Part shown: positions 38,594-52,202 of the stretch, in pieces
Layout: each line of letters starts with the position of its first letter
Numbering within the stretch: the first letter of the stretch is position 1
Position numbers and translations under genes: made by a program
Notes under the pieces: model-generated
Told to the model about the DNA's origin: nothing
Database searches by the model: none
What the model saw: only the letters and a program-made list of their open reading frames with translations
DNA from: Microbotryum violaceum
Lineage: Eukaryota
Length of the DNA: 64,000 bases
Direction of reading: 5' to 3'
Assembly (NCBI GenBank): GCA_001244265.2
Contig: LN717261.1
Coordinates: forward strand, 2,433,591-2,497,590

Positions 38594-39469
38594 GCCCAAG
38601 TCACGGGTGAGTCTGAAGAGTGTGACACACGTGTTCAACCGACTCTTTGCCAATCTTGACCAGTCGGCAAGCTTGAACCGACTCGTAGTGGGTCATTCCG
38701 GGCATCGTGGCGGAACTGACAAGGTGCGGGCAGAGCTCGACCCGCCTGCTGCCGCCCGGACGTTGGACCGCTGCCCGCAAGGACCCCCGAAAGCAGGACC
38801 CCCGAAAGCCCAGCCAGAGGCGCATGCGGAAAAACGCCCTTTGTTAGCCTTTACCCTAACTAGTAAAAAAAAAGTGTGAGTTAAGGAATGTACCTAAAAT
38901 CGCTGTTTTTAACTAGGTGGCGGCCCTCCGGGCCGCCTGTGGTGGATGTACCAGCATACTGTTGTGTCTGCCGCACCTGCCTGTGGTGTTGGGGTTCCGA
39001 TCAGAAGTTATGTACAAGCCCTATGGTGACTTTTGTATTTTCCGCGCCGTTCCAACGAAGCTACAGCGCTCCCAGTATTTCCTTTCTTTTCTTCGCTGAC
39101 ATAAACCAATGCTTCCATTCATATTGCATTTAATGAACCGCAAGCGCGTGGCTTTGCATGATATTGCTTCTACAGCAGAGCTCCGCCTGACGCGCGACGC
39201 GAGGGCTGGCGTCTGACGATCTGACGTCTGACGTCCGTGTCGTCTGTCACGTGATGCGGCGCGCTGGCGGTGTGAGTCTGTGTCAGTAAGTCTCGGGCGC
39301 GAGCTACACTCGCGCCCCGCTGCTCGATTCTCCTCTTCGTCCCGCTCCGATCAACAGAATCAGCTCCCCGTGCGTGATTAACAACAACTCAACCGATCTT
39401 GGTGTTGCGACCCGAATGAGCGCCCCCCGTACAGCTTTGTAGAATGGGCAGCACGTTGAGCTCACCCCA

Positions 39470-41110
39470 CCACTACATCCTCCTGCGCAAAGGCGCGCAA
39501 AGGCGAGCGCGCAGGCCTCGAATCGCGCTCGAACCCCTCAAGCCCCACGTTTTCGCAGGGCAAGGTGCAGCTACCTCCCCCTCTCCGGCACAATCCCGAG
39601 TGTCGACAGCTACGTGAAGGCTCGGATAGCGGTCAGTTGCTCCGTCCAACAACCGTCGTCTGCAGTAGACCCACATGCTGAACTGTGCAAGAATCTTCCC
39701 ACGCACACAGAAGCTATTGCATTGCGCGAGAACGCCCGGTCGTACAACAACGCGTTGTCGTTGACTCTGCTCGCTGCTCACTTTGACCAGACTCGACTGG
39801 GCATTCTAGGACCCCGCGTGTTTCGCGTGCTTGATCGGCTTTACTCCTCGACTCGGCGTCCAGATCCCTGTCGTCAATCAACGCTCCAGCCTTTGCTCAA
39901 ACGTAGCTGATCGACCCAGCCGCCACCGACACTCGACTTGGACTCAACGGCGCAGGCAGTCGCATACAAAGGCCTACTTTGACCAAGCTCGAGTCCGCGT
40001 ACCGTAAACCGCTTTGTGAAGGAGTTTGCATCGGCCAAAGCTTGCGCAGGCTGGGGATACGGCCAAAGAGTGGGTCCTGCGCCTCTGTCTACCACCAGGC
40101 CGAGACCGACGCACCCACAACCTTCCTCCGCCGAGCACGGAAATGACGATGCTTATCTGCGATTCCGACACCAACACGGGAGATTGTGGACCGCAAGAAC
40201 TTATTGTCCAGGTGCGCAGTCATCGATGTCCCGATGGTCGACCCAAGTACCAAGTCGTCAGCTCGCTCCATCCGTCTGCGATGCCTCTCCGGTACCCAAC
40301 ACTCTTCGCCGCAGAGGAAAATAGCTCCCACCTCAACACTCCTCTTTGCGGGTTCCACCAAGCCGGGCCGCCCATCGCCAGAAACCGAGAGCAGATCGAC
40401 AATGGTGTCCAATTGCGCGAGGGAGTTCCGGTCTCGGTCTGGATGACGAACGAGGAGGACAAAGACCGCGATGATGAGGATGAAGACCGCGAGGAAGGGG
40501 ACGAAGAGGATGGTGATGGCGAACGTACGCGTCTCGGCTTTTTCTCTGATGTTCCATTCTGTTTAGGGCGCAAGCACAGACTGACATTGAACTTTTGAAC
40601 ACCTAGGACAAAGGTCAAGTAAAGGGGTCGAGGTGGCGAGTCTCGCGTTCACAATTCTTTGCGCACTACTTGCCAAAGGCGACGAGTCCTTCTCAATCCC
40701 GCATTGCACCCACGGTCCCTTCCTGGAGTCTGTGATTTATGGATATACTCCAAGTCGAGACCGATCGACTCTACACATCCGGTTGCATCAAGAGAACCTA
40801 CACCTCACCACGACCCAAGGCATCAACGGCTTGGCCCCGAACCCAATTGGACGTTCGATGACCTTGGGCTCGACGTTCAAGAATAGACCGCGCGACATCA
40901 CGCAGCAATACCAGGATGCGATGGCGTGCGTTGTCAAACATGGAAAGCCTCCGCTGCTCATCACGATGACGTACGACCCCGACTCACCGGAAACTAAGGC
41001 TGCACTGGGGCCGATAAAGCATGCAACCGTCCGGATCTCATTGCACGAGTGTTTGAAGCCAAGTCCGGCAACAAGCGACACGCAGGCTGTTTCGGCGATG
41101 AATGTAAGAT
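39470..41110 (+). mobile_element. Degenerate Helitron Rep N-terminal region
   Basis: RENARSYNNALS, HPSAMPLRYPTLF, LGSTFKNRPRDITQQYQDAMACVVKHGKP.LITMT. Confidence 0.85.
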
Positions 41111-43324
41111 GAATAGATTTTATTTCTTTGCTGTATTTCGTATTGTGTTTTCTTAACCTCTGCGCTGATATCATGTAGACTGTTCGATTATCCTGCTATT
41201 GTTTTAATTCATCCTCCCGTTAATTTAACGGGTTCCCACTGGTTTTGTCAAAGTTTTTTACCCTATTTTGGCCCCAAAATGTCAAGATTTCGCATGCATC
41301 TCGGAAACATTATCAAAATGTGTTCTACATGCTCCAAAAAAACGCTTAAAATTCCTCGAAAACGCGTTCCGAGCGTTTGCGGGCGCGCGGCGGCCAATCG
41401 AAAATAGCTTGCGGCGCGCGTCGCTTCGGCTGGTGTTGCGCGTGGCTCCAGGCTTCGAACAAGCCTTCCTTGCTTTGATGGCTGGCTCGCTGCTTCGTTC
41501 TCAGACTTCCTTTTTGCTGAAATTGAGCTCCTTGTTTCCGCGGTGGCATTTGTGCGGCTTGTAGAGGTTCTGCCGGCGGCATCTCGCAGGCAGGGCACGC
41601 TCCGAAGGGCGGCAAATCTTTGCTCGGCATGTGCGCTCGTGCTGATTAGGCGCTCGTCCGGGTAACATGAGGTAAAGTCCGTGGTTGAACGATATGTAGT
41701 CGTTGACGGGCCGAATGTCTCGATGACCTGTCGACCATCAATCATGCGGAACGGCATAGTGCCATCAATGAGGTGTGTGGAATAGCATGTTTTCTTGATG
41801 AGGCGAAGCTCCTGTACGACGATATTTGAGAGTAGAACCAGCGAGGCGAGCGTGTCTTGGTTGCAGTGGTTTGGTTCCACTCTGCTGTAGACGTGTCGCA
41901 CTGTAGGACACAATACTTGTGTCAAACGAGAACTTTCTCAACTGCTACTCAAAATAACGCGCGTACCAATTCCGATAGACAGCGCTTCTTCTCCATAAAC
42001 AGTTTGATCGCAGCTGAGTGAATGCATGCCACACTTGAGGCCAAAGCAGATCCGAGATCCAATCTCCAATGGTGTGGCAGCGGTTACAGCTCCGTCAAAC
42101 GATCCAAAATGAGGATAGCGTTGTACTAGCGCTCCATACTGCTTGTCTCTCTCAGGGAGCTTTTCCTAGAAGTATAGGACCGGCAAAACATTAGATCCAG
42201 TTGCCTTCGTTCCTAAATTCAGCGACAACTCACTTGAATGCGGCCATCCTCAGTATAGACATTCTTCTGGATCCTCGTGTGTTGTGAGCGCTCGGGCCAT
42301 CTGGTCACCTCCAGTCCAGCAAAAGCTCCTCGTCGTGCCCGCCATGTCTTCGCAGCGAGATGGTCCCATGGACTGTACCAACCCTTTCAAGACGCATGAA
42401 TGTGCTGTACTGCGTCCTTCCTCGGTATTGCTAACCCCTACGCCTGCCTCTCCGCGAGTTGGGTCGCTCGCTTCCATCGGCCTCCCTTGAGTAGAACAGC
42501 TTGAGGTGGCTACACTTATGAGCACCTTGATGGGCAATTGAATCAGGTTGGCCAGTTCAGCGAGAAATTGGTATCGCGAGCATCGACAACTTGAGGCGGA
42601 AGTTTCAATTGTGTGGGCTATGTAGAACCAAACACGCGTTAGCTTCGACCAAAATTTCGATAGTTGAGCTTGGTAGACGCACGATTGGTCGTGAGAAGCT
42701 GTTTCAGTTGCCTTCTCAACGGCCTCGAGTAGATGATAAGGTCGAGTAGTGGGTGAGCTCGTCTTTGGACAACTCGATGTGAAGAGACGCGTCGGCGGGA
42801 GCGACATCGAAGGCGAGGAGCTCGGCGATCGTCATGTTCATGTTGGTGAGTGGCAATGATCAATCGAAAGCATCGTTCAAGGCCTGCATGGGATGATGTT
42901 GTTGTGCTATGCTCCAATCTCGGACCGAAGTGAAGCGGAACGGAACCTGCGCCCTTTCAATATCTAATCGGCCTAATCCCTCACAGCCACTTAACTCAAG
43001 TGATTACCGAAGATGGCTAGTACTAAGTGACTTGTTCAAGCGCGAGCATCGCGAAACGCGTCTCGAAGCGAAGGCAAACGGGCCCAATGTCATGCCGTAG
43101 GCTGCTCAGGGTAGGCCAAAATTGGGCCAACTCACGGGAAAATGTCAAAATCTGGACATGCGCCTCGGGGGCGAAACGTGTGTTTCGTCCCAAAATGTCA
43201 ATTTTTTGCAATGCGCCTCGACGATTTTCGGGATTTTGGGTCCTCAAAATGGCAAAAAAAATAATGCGCCCTGGGCTTTCGGGGGTCCTCTTACGGCGCG
43301 GCGCTGCGGTCCCACATCGATCCT

Positions 43325-45968
43325 TCCGCAAAGTGCGCGCATCCGACCTCATCCCTTCCCTCTCGGTCGACAATGTCGTCCACTCCGACCCCGACTCGAT
43401 GCTTGGATCCGCTAGCAAGTACTTCGAAGGGGTCTACGAGGATCGCGCTATTGATGACGACGCCTTGGAGAAGATCATCGACGGCCTCGCCTCGACTCGC
43501 CTATCCCATGCCGATTCGAACAAGCTCGAAGGAGCGTACCCCCTAGAGGAGATGACAAAGGCACAAGAGACGTGTAAGTCGAACTCCTCGCCTGGACCCG
43601 ACGGTCTCCCGGTCGAGTTTTACCGCGCAACGTGGACAGCCACAGGCCCCATCCTCCGCGACGTCATCAACTCGATCCCCACCGACGAACGTCGGCCCGC
43701 CACACTGCCCACATCCACCTCATCCACAAGCGCGGCGAGAGGCATCGGCTGGTGAACAAAGGACCCATCTCACTCATCGACGCTGATGAACGCATCATCT
43801 CCCAAGCCCACAACCAGCGCCTTGCCCCTCTGCTCGAGACCCTGATCGGCTCGACCCAGCGCGGTTTCGTTCCGAACCGCTGGATTGGCACAAACATCGC
43901 CGAGGTGCAGTGTCTCATGGATCCTGGGCTCCCGGGTTCAGAGCCGGTGTCCGGTCTGCTCGCAGTGATGGACTTCGAGAAAGCTTACGCCCGTCTTTCC
44001 CACACGTACATCGATGCCGTCCTCAGCGCCGTTGGCCTTGTCCCGAAAACCCGCCAGTGGTACCGAGCGACTTATACAAACCAATCCGCCTCGATATACC
44101 TCAACGGATGGCTCTCGGCCGCGTTCGATATCCTCTCGGGAGTTCGACAAGGCGATCCGCTGGCTCCGTCGCTTTTCGTTCTCGCAATCAAGGCCTTCGC
44201 CGTACAGATACGATCACAAGTCAAGGGCATCGCGAGCCCGGGACTTCCAACCATACGAGAACTTCTCTTCGCCGACGATGGCTGCTGTGCTCTCCACGGC
44301 ACCTCGGACCTCGACCACCTCAATCGGGCGATCGAGCTGTACGAGCGGGCAAGTGCCAGCAAGCTCAGCGACGCGAAATCTTTCCTCTACCCCCTCGGGT
44401 CATTCAGGGACCGTCCGATCCCTTCACATCTCGGGTCCTGGCGTCTCAGTGACTCGCAGTTTTGTTACCTGGGAGTGCAGGTTGGGATGGACATCGCCGA
44501 GGATGCGGGCTGGGAGGAGGTCAAGTCCGCGACCGTCGCCAGGATACGATCCATCCCGATGTACGACCTTCCGTACGCAGCAAAATGTTCGATAATCAAT
44601 ATCTACTGCTACACGAAGATTCTCTACTACAATCGCTTCATCCCATCTCCCAAGAGCGTTGTCAAGGAGATCGAGGACGCGGTCATGATCGCTATCCACG
44701 GTCGAGCCTCGGACGGATCTCAGAAACCCCCGAAGGTCTCTCGCCTGCGCCTCTGCACCCCTCTCGACCACGGTGGCTTCGGTTTGATCGACTCACCTCG
44801 GCGTCTCGCGATCGATCACGCAAAGTGGGTCTTTCATCTTCGGGACCCGGACGGCTGCTTCATTCGGCACCTCTTCGACATCCGCACTCGCCTTCAGGCG
44901 GCGAACGAACGCACCCCCTTCACCTTGCCCAAATCGAGCCCCAACCCACATCGTCGCTCGTGGGTCTGGATCTGGTGGGCCTATTTTTGCCACCCTCCTC
45001 CACAGTGGGAACGCGCGGTGAGGAAGACGAAGGCGCTGCTCCCTCCACGATGGATCCGCTACTTCGAAGTCTGGGATTTGGTGACAACGCTCAACCCCCC
45101 CCCCCCCCCGAACTTTCCAAGAGCCCGAATCTCGAATCTCGAGCGATGGGCAACACACGTCCTCTACTTCCCAGCAGGCCACGGAATCCAACTCTCGGTG
45201 AACCCGACGCTTTTCCAAGGACCCGATGGCGAGGTGATGACTCCGTATTCGTTTGTGAACGCGTCCAAACGCCACCCAGACTTCCTCTACCCTCCTATCC
45301 TCCCTGTCGGTCATCAGAGGGTTTTCTGTCTCCCCGAGCAGCGCTGGAATGCCTGGCGGAAGGCACTACGCAAGGTTCGCAGGGTTCATTCGGACGCCGA
45401 AGACACGGCCCACCTCCTCTCCTTGGGGTCTCTTCATCCAGGTAGCCAACTCGCTTCTCCAAACAGCCCTTTTCTCCACAATCGATCTACCGCATGTGTC
45501 ATGTGCCTGTCGGAGGCTCCGGAGACCCTGGCACACCTAGCGTTCGGTTGCCCGTTTGCCCGCCGCCTCTCGTCTGCGCTCACTCCTCTCCCACACCCCG
45601 ACTTTGTTCAGTTCGTGTGCCCGGTCGTCTCTCGCTCGAAACGCCGACTCGTCGAGCTGTGTCTACTCTTCTTCCACGCGATCTGGAAGCTCTCTCGTCA
45701 CCGCCGATTTTCGTCGGATCCTCTGGAGCCGATCGCCGAAACGGCATTCGAGGAGCTCCGCGCGTCCATCCAGGAGTCCAAGGGACGATTGGTTTCGCTG
45801 TAATCACCTAAGGGGGTTTTAGTGGGTATGGTGGATTTTGTTCCAAGGTCAACGAGTCCTACACTACTGGCCTAGCCAGTGTGCTTAACTGCATTCCCTC
45901 CGTCTTTTCCGAGGATTTTTAGGCATTAATATAGATATGCTGTTAATAAAATCTATTAGATAAAAAAA
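43325..45968 (+). mobile_element. LINE family B, 5'-truncated copy (RT + zf, 3' UTR, A-rich end)
   Basis: ORF 43632-45803 with RT motifs and CVMC..ETLAHLAFGC; frameshift near 43700; A-rich end at ~45945-45968. Confidence 0.92.
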
Positions 45969-47499
45969 CCCTGCGCCGGGGTGGGATGGGGTGGGGAGGG
46001 CATTGGTGCACCCGACCTGTACCAACTTCCAACCGGGCCAAAAAACAGAAAAGCTGCCTTAACTCGCCCGCGCGGGGGAGCTTATTTGGCTGGGTTAACG
46101 GACCTGCCGATCTGGCGCGCGGGCTTTGCGCAGGCTCACATAGCTTGATTAGATTTTGAGTTACTGCTCATTAATGTGCACGACTACGTGAAAATGTCGG
46201 CGACTGCGCCCATTACTCCACGATTTTCGCGAAGTCTTCTTCCGGACTCTCAAACGTGGTCGGCGCTCAGATCGACGACACGGCGCTGTCAAACGACACA
46301 CAAGCCTCAGGCAGCGTCTCAAGTAGTAACTCGCATATTCAATACAAGTGGTCTTACACCTTACACATAGCCGATTTCATCGAATAGCATGGATCTTGAT
46401 CGCTAAGCTGCCATGGAGCGGCTCAACCGTTAACGGTCACGCGTGTCGCAAGCAAGGCTTGGCAATTACCACAGGACGCAGTGAATCATTGTCAGTCATG
46501 TTCTACTTAAGGAGCACAACCTGCTTGCGATGTGAATTGTCTAACCTCTTCCCTGTGAGCTGATGCACCTGAATGTGCGGATGCTGCCTTGCAAATGGCA
46601 TGTTCGCGGTTTCCTCGCTTCTCTTATCTCATCGGTGTACCGGCACTGAGGAAGTATCCCTAGTGCAAGCAGGTGGAGCTCGAGCACATGCAAAAGACAA
46701 CTCCCAGGCGTTCCCTCGTAAACGCGAAGGCGCCGATCGTGTCAAACGTTTTGGTCAACTTTTGGCGATTTACGAGTTCCGATAGGGGGAGCAGGTGCGC
46801 GCATTCGCACCTGATTGTGCCAGGTGGACCTACGACCCCAACACGTTCCTATCGCTCCACAGAAGTTCCTGCTTGGGAAGGTACGGTCGCTTGGTTTGAG
46901 CCACTTGCAACCCATCTACGACGCGATCGAACAGGCCCCGACTGTCAAGCCGACGCCAAAGCGGCAAAAGCGGAAGGCTGTGTCTCCTGTAGGGGCGCAA
47001 AAGCATCAGAACTTGTGCTTCATTTTAAGTTCAACATGCTTCAGGTGCGGCCGAGATTGTGGATCTGCGGTGCATCCTGACCTCAGCTGGTCGCATACAT
47101 CGGAGGGTTGGTCGAATAAATATTACATTTACTTAGGGACTATATCTTCACCCTAAATGAATTAGGGGCCCACGTGTAGTCTCTGGGGATCCTACTATTC
47201 TTCCTCTAATACTAGAAGTTGAAATTCGTTTCCTGCTGATTGTCCATTGTTACATACTCGCCTTTTTCCTTTTTAACTTTTACGCAAAAAAAATCAAAGA
47301 TGAAAAGCAGCTCGCTTTTTATTCCAGTTTTTTTAGAGGAGTCTCGGGAGTACATCTTCGACCGGATGGATGATGAAGCTCGGCCCAAGTTTTTGACTGG
47401 AATAATACACTCTCTTCCTTCACTCGTCTGTTTCATCCACTGCCAGAGGCAAGAGTGTTACAGAGAAGTTCTAGACATCCGTGAGGTGGTATTGCGGTG

Positions 47500-47930
47500 G
47501 CAATAACCCCCAAACCCGGTAATAACTACGCTGCACCTACGGAAACCCGGAGGCCGGGGGAATAGCCATCCAAGCAGATATTACCTATGTCAAAGTTAAT
47601 ACTCGGCTGGGAGGTATTACCGCGCGCCTGGTTATTACCCCTTCAGCTGGGTATTACCCCTCGACTGGGTATTACCCAAAGAGATGAGTAATACCCGGCT
47701 GGGGGGTATTACCGTGCGCCCGGGTATTCAGCGTCGGCTGGGTATTACCCAGGGAGATGAGTAATACAGTCAATGCCCGGCGTGGGGTTAATACCGCGCG
47801 CCTGGGTATTACCCGTCAGCTGGGTATTACCCAGGCGCGCTCGGGACAATACCCAGGTGAGACCTGGGTAATACCCAGGTGAGACCTGGGTAATACCCTT
47901 CAGAATGGGTATTACCGGAATTAACCGACC
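47500..47930. repeat. GGGTATTACCC palindromic motif array
   Basis: Numerous ggtattacc/ggtaatacc copies spaced about 15-25 bp apart. Confidence 0.8.
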
Positions 47931-47949
47931 CTCAGTGCAAGTCCGCGCT

Positions 47950-49740
47950 CGAACCAGCGTCGCTCGAGGCAGTTGCAACAAAGGGGCGAATGGATGACGT
48001 TGGAGGATTTGAGGCATCGACTTCTACCTCCGTAAGCCTCCCCAAGACTGGCGGTTTGTGACCGAGTAATGGCTTAGCCGCTAGCATGCTAACATCACGA
48101 TCGCGGGAGGGGTCGGTAAGCAAAGCTTGAATCACTATGACATCGTTCCCACATGTTCATTGTGGCTTGAGCATTTGCCAGCGACGACCATCTTGGTGCC
48201 CATGTATTGATGTGCTCTGGCATCTGTGTGAGGATTGCGCTTCAGCTCAACATCACCATTCAGTATGACACAGACGCGACATACTCTTTGTAAAAAATGT
48301 CTAGCCCGTTGGCATACTTGTTCCAAGGCTCGGTAATCTCGAATATCCGACGATTTTGAGGAGCTCCCAGTCGTACCTTGCTTGAGAGATATCTGTATAG
48401 CGCTCGTTCACTGGGTGTATGGACATACAATACAGCGAATCGAGTACCCTGACGTCCCGCTGGCCAGTCGTGGCGAAGCTTGCGATCGGTTGGCAGCCGG
48501 CTTTGCATATGCTGTATCGCCGGCGTATTGTTTTGCAGCAAGTTCCGTGGCGACCACTTGACGGGCTCCAAACGCAGAGTCCCGCGCTCGACTTGATAGG
48601 GCTCGATCAAAGAGCGCATATGCGCTGTTGGCGACTGAACAACAGGCACGATGCCGAATGTTTCGGTGGATGGGGTGTAGAGCCGCGGGTTGACTATATC
48701 TGACACGGTGCTTGAGTGCCGTGGGAAAATGGCCGAGGTTTTGCGCCTCAGACGATGTAATTTCACAGTGAGCCAGAGGTCGTAGTGCCCCACGAATGGG
48801 TTTCCGGTACGATTGAACGTCCCAACCTGCGAATACAAGGGATAGTGGGTGAGAAAGGTTGCCGCTTCTTCGAATCGCGATGGTGAAGTTGGACTGACCG
48901 TGAGATTGTGCACTAGCACGTAGTCAGCCATGCACGCATTGACATGGCTCGGAGAAACACCAGACTTTGGAAACCGTTGGCGAAGGTTCCGATGGATGCC
49001 TCCTTTGAGACTGTTGGTGTCGCGCCGGCAGGAATATAAACGGACACCGTCATCCGCCTTTCCATCTGGCCCTCCGCAAGGCCCAAGGTCGGTTTACAGC
49101 TCGATGCCAACTGGATCCGATACTTGGCCTTTCCGAATCGCCTCAAGACATCTCTTCGCTGCCTCGTGCGCCGCTTTGTTGAAAAGGGGTTGCTTCGACT
49201 TCGCATCGAGCGAGTTTCTCAAAGACCTCCCGGACCAAAGGCTCGAGAATGCCTGGCGGAGGGATCCTTCGACGAACGCGTCTCCAAAGCTTCTTATTCC
49301 ATACCGGCGAACGGACCGCTTCTTCCCACATCATTCCGAGCTTTGCTAGGCGAGCCTCCATCAGGAGTCGATCATCCGCATTCGGGATGAAAACCGCATC
49401 GGAGAAGGCGCGAGCAAAGGCTTTGGCAGCGCCATGTTTTTTGGACACATAGATCCGGTCAATAAATGCCAGAGATCGATTAGAATTTTCACAGCGGTAT
49501 CGTCTGAGGAAGGGACTAATGAAAGGGGATAGTTCAAGATACATACATCAGCTCCAGCCCCGGCGCCAGGACTGGCGCAAGTCCGTAGTAACTGACCTTT
49601 GCTTGTTGCAGCCTTGCCCCAGATAGCTTTGCCAACTGCTACATTTTACCTCCGTGTTATCGGCGCTTCGTTTCCGAAAGAAGCGTGACAGTAGTTGCAT
49701 CGTAGGATATGGCATGTTGCAGCATGAAGACAAGGGGAGC
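47950..49740 (-). pseudogene. Degenerate DNA-transposase-like protein (fungal RGTNSxEGGxH-type)
   Basis: FSDAVFIP..RVRRRIPPP..IRKGQVSDP..LYSCRRDTNSLKGGIHRNL..VHNL..GHYDLWL across frameshifts; family assignment is from recollection, not a search. Confidence 0.55.
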
Positions 49741-49761
49741 CGTGGCCGGGTGCGGCGCGCC

Positions 49762-49950
49762 TGATTGCGCCAACTCAGTGCGCCAACTCAGTGCGCCAAC
49801 TCAGTGCGCCAACTCAAGTGCCAACTCAAGTGCGCCAACTCAAGCGCGCGCGGTGCGCTAACTCAAGTGCGCTAACTCGGGCGCTCGACTGCGCCAACTC
49901 AGGTGCGCTAACTCAATTGCGCCAACTCAATTTGGCGCGCGCGAGTTAGC
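49762..49950. repeat. 13-14-bp tandem array (GTGCGCCAACTCA), about 11 copies
   Basis: Directly visible; followed by four gttcagcc units at ~50000-50040. Confidence 0.9.
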
Positions 49951-50281
49951 GCAAGCGCACCCCCCAGCACCGGTACCGCCCCGGCTTTCTGGGGTCCTGG
50001 TTCAGCCTGGTTCAGCCACTGTTCAGCCCTGTTCAGCCAACAGTGCAACAGCGCCAGCCAAGTCTATACACACGCAGCTCCACGGCGCTCACAGGCGCAG
50101 CACAGCCTAGTAAGCACAAGCCTCAAATTCTGGCCGGGTAGTCGTAACCAGCCTTTGCGGCGCTCGGACCTCCTGGTGTCTCCTGTCAGTCCTCATCGCG
50201 GCGCTTGACCCATTCTGACCTGCGTCGGCCTGGATTGTTGTGTGAAAACGTCGGACAGACGGGCCGGACGATCGCACGAGA

Positions 50282-52202
50282 ATGCCGTCATTCGATCTAC
50301 TAGGCCCTCCGACCGAGGCCACGATCGACCTGTCCTCCTTCACTCGACAAGCGGTTCAATCGCTGCAGACCGCTCGGCTGCGACAAGCAGAAGCGAGGAG
50401 TTACATCGAGAAAAGGACAGGTTCAACCGTCGGTGGTGACATTGATGTTGAATCCGATGCGCAAGAACAACTTCGTAAACGATGTGTGTACAGCCTACCT
50501 GCACGCTGACTCGCACACGTGACTGATCCGCTGGCCTCCTATGCCACGGCCTGTATCTTGCAGGCAGCGTGCAAGACCTGACAGCCCATACCTCGGCCAT
50601 GTACTCCGACGATTACATGAGAACATGTCTCCGTACCTTTCTCGAGACAACGTGGCTGGACCCGCACAACGACGCGGATCTTCGACACCTCAACCTCAAG
50701 TCAAAGTCGTCGCTGCGAGACAAGCTTGATCGGATCAAACGATCCCATGTCGCAATCGTCAATGCCGTCGAGACGTCCCAGAGCTCTTCATCCACAGGTC
50801 TAACCTCTGCCGGATCTCGCGGGAACGCTTCATCCACCGATGATATGACTGTGAACACCATTGCTGATGATGTCGCTTCAACAAACCCAGCGGCCGATCC
50901 GAGGTGGTCCAAGTGGCTCAGAGAACATGATGACAACACACTACGAATCGCCAAGCCGACCGTTCACCCCGTCTTTTTGCGAGCACCAGGACACGCGGAC
51001 CTACAGACGTTGACCAATCTTCGGCCCGGGAAGAGTGTTCCTCGCCAGTCGAGGCCTCAATCCAGTAGTCAAGGCACCAATGCGACCGGGTCCAGCTCGA
51101 CAGCGACTCCACTGCTCTCATCGTTGATGTACACCATCACTTTTCAGCCGATTGCTCCCACATTACAACCGTCTTCAGCGAAAGCGATCACTCGCGCTCA
51201 AACCCTTCGGGTGCTCGGGACGACCACTTTGGCCGAACTCAAGACCAATATCATCCGCAGTGCCAACGCAGTGCCAGACGTCGAGATGTCCGGTGACGAG
51301 GATGCGACTTCCTCACCGATGGGATGGGACCAAGACGAGGATCATGAAGAAGGGGAGCAAGGAGAGGAAAACTCGGACGAGGAGGAGCGAGGCGCCGCCG
51401 TCATGAGCAGGAAACAACGCAACCCGCGCACTGTGAGGGAACTTGATCTGGCTCTGATGTTGGAGCCGACGGAAGCAGCAAGGCTCATCAAGTGGGGAAA
51501 GAAGAGAAGGAAAACCGGGAGCGTATTTGGGATTGAGAGTGTACTTTTTGCTGACCAAAGTCGAGAAGTCGAGGACTATGCGAGGTGAGCATCTGCCAGT
51601 GTTTGCTCTCGTGGTCGTTTCAGGACGGCTGATCCGGGGACCTCGACGTGCAGCTTGATCAAGCAAGCTATATCCGAGATTGACTGGTCAACTCAAAAGT
51701 CCGCCAATGGAGCAACACAGTCATCGATTCCGACTTGGTCCATCGGCGGTCGCATAGATGACATCGTCCTCGGCTCCCTCAAGCTCAGAGTTGGGGAGCC
51801 GTACTACTACCTCCACGATGGCAGCGCAGAACACACTTGGACCATTGACGAGATAAGGTAAGTTGGTAACCTGAGTTCTCCGTTTGAAACCGATGCTGAA
51901 GCAGGTCCGCATCCTGCCCACTCGTTCTCAGACTAGTCCACACTTTGGACCCCTCACCAACGGCCTCGGTCTATCCAATCACCTCCTTCTTGTCGCGCAA
52001 CAAATCCTTGTCCAGGTGTTACATCTGTGATATTGATACGGCGACCGTGATCACGATCGACGACGAGCTCGCAGGGCGATCGCCGGCGTTGATGTGCGAA
52101 AAGTGCTTCCAGCTGTTGCACTCCGTCGATCAAAATAAGGATCATGACGATCAGGATGGACATCGCAAGTGGAGGAGAATCGAGTGTGTCACTGAAGAAT
52201 GA
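50282..52202 (+). CDS. SNAPC3: snRNA-activating protein complex subunit 3 (SNAP50) homolog
   Basis: Exons 50282-50483, 50564-51584, 51654-51857, 51932-52202 with GT-AG introns; motifs LRVGEPYYYLHDG.AEH, IRLVH..D..YP, CYIC...D....P..MCEKCF.LLH. Confidence 0.82.

Noticed and set aside
38848-38862. Telomere-like CCCTAA
   Set aside because: Single copy only.
44462-45445. 327-aa overlapping ORF
   Set aside because: Alternative-frame shadow of the GC-rich LINE ORF2.
47500-47930. CRISPR-like repeat-spacer pattern
   Set aside because: Short degenerate motif in mixed orientation with irregular spacing; better explained as a transposon subterminal array.
49762-49950. CRISPR-like array
   Set aside because: Units are 13-14 bp and mostly abutting, with no unique spacers or cas genes, in a eukaryotic context.
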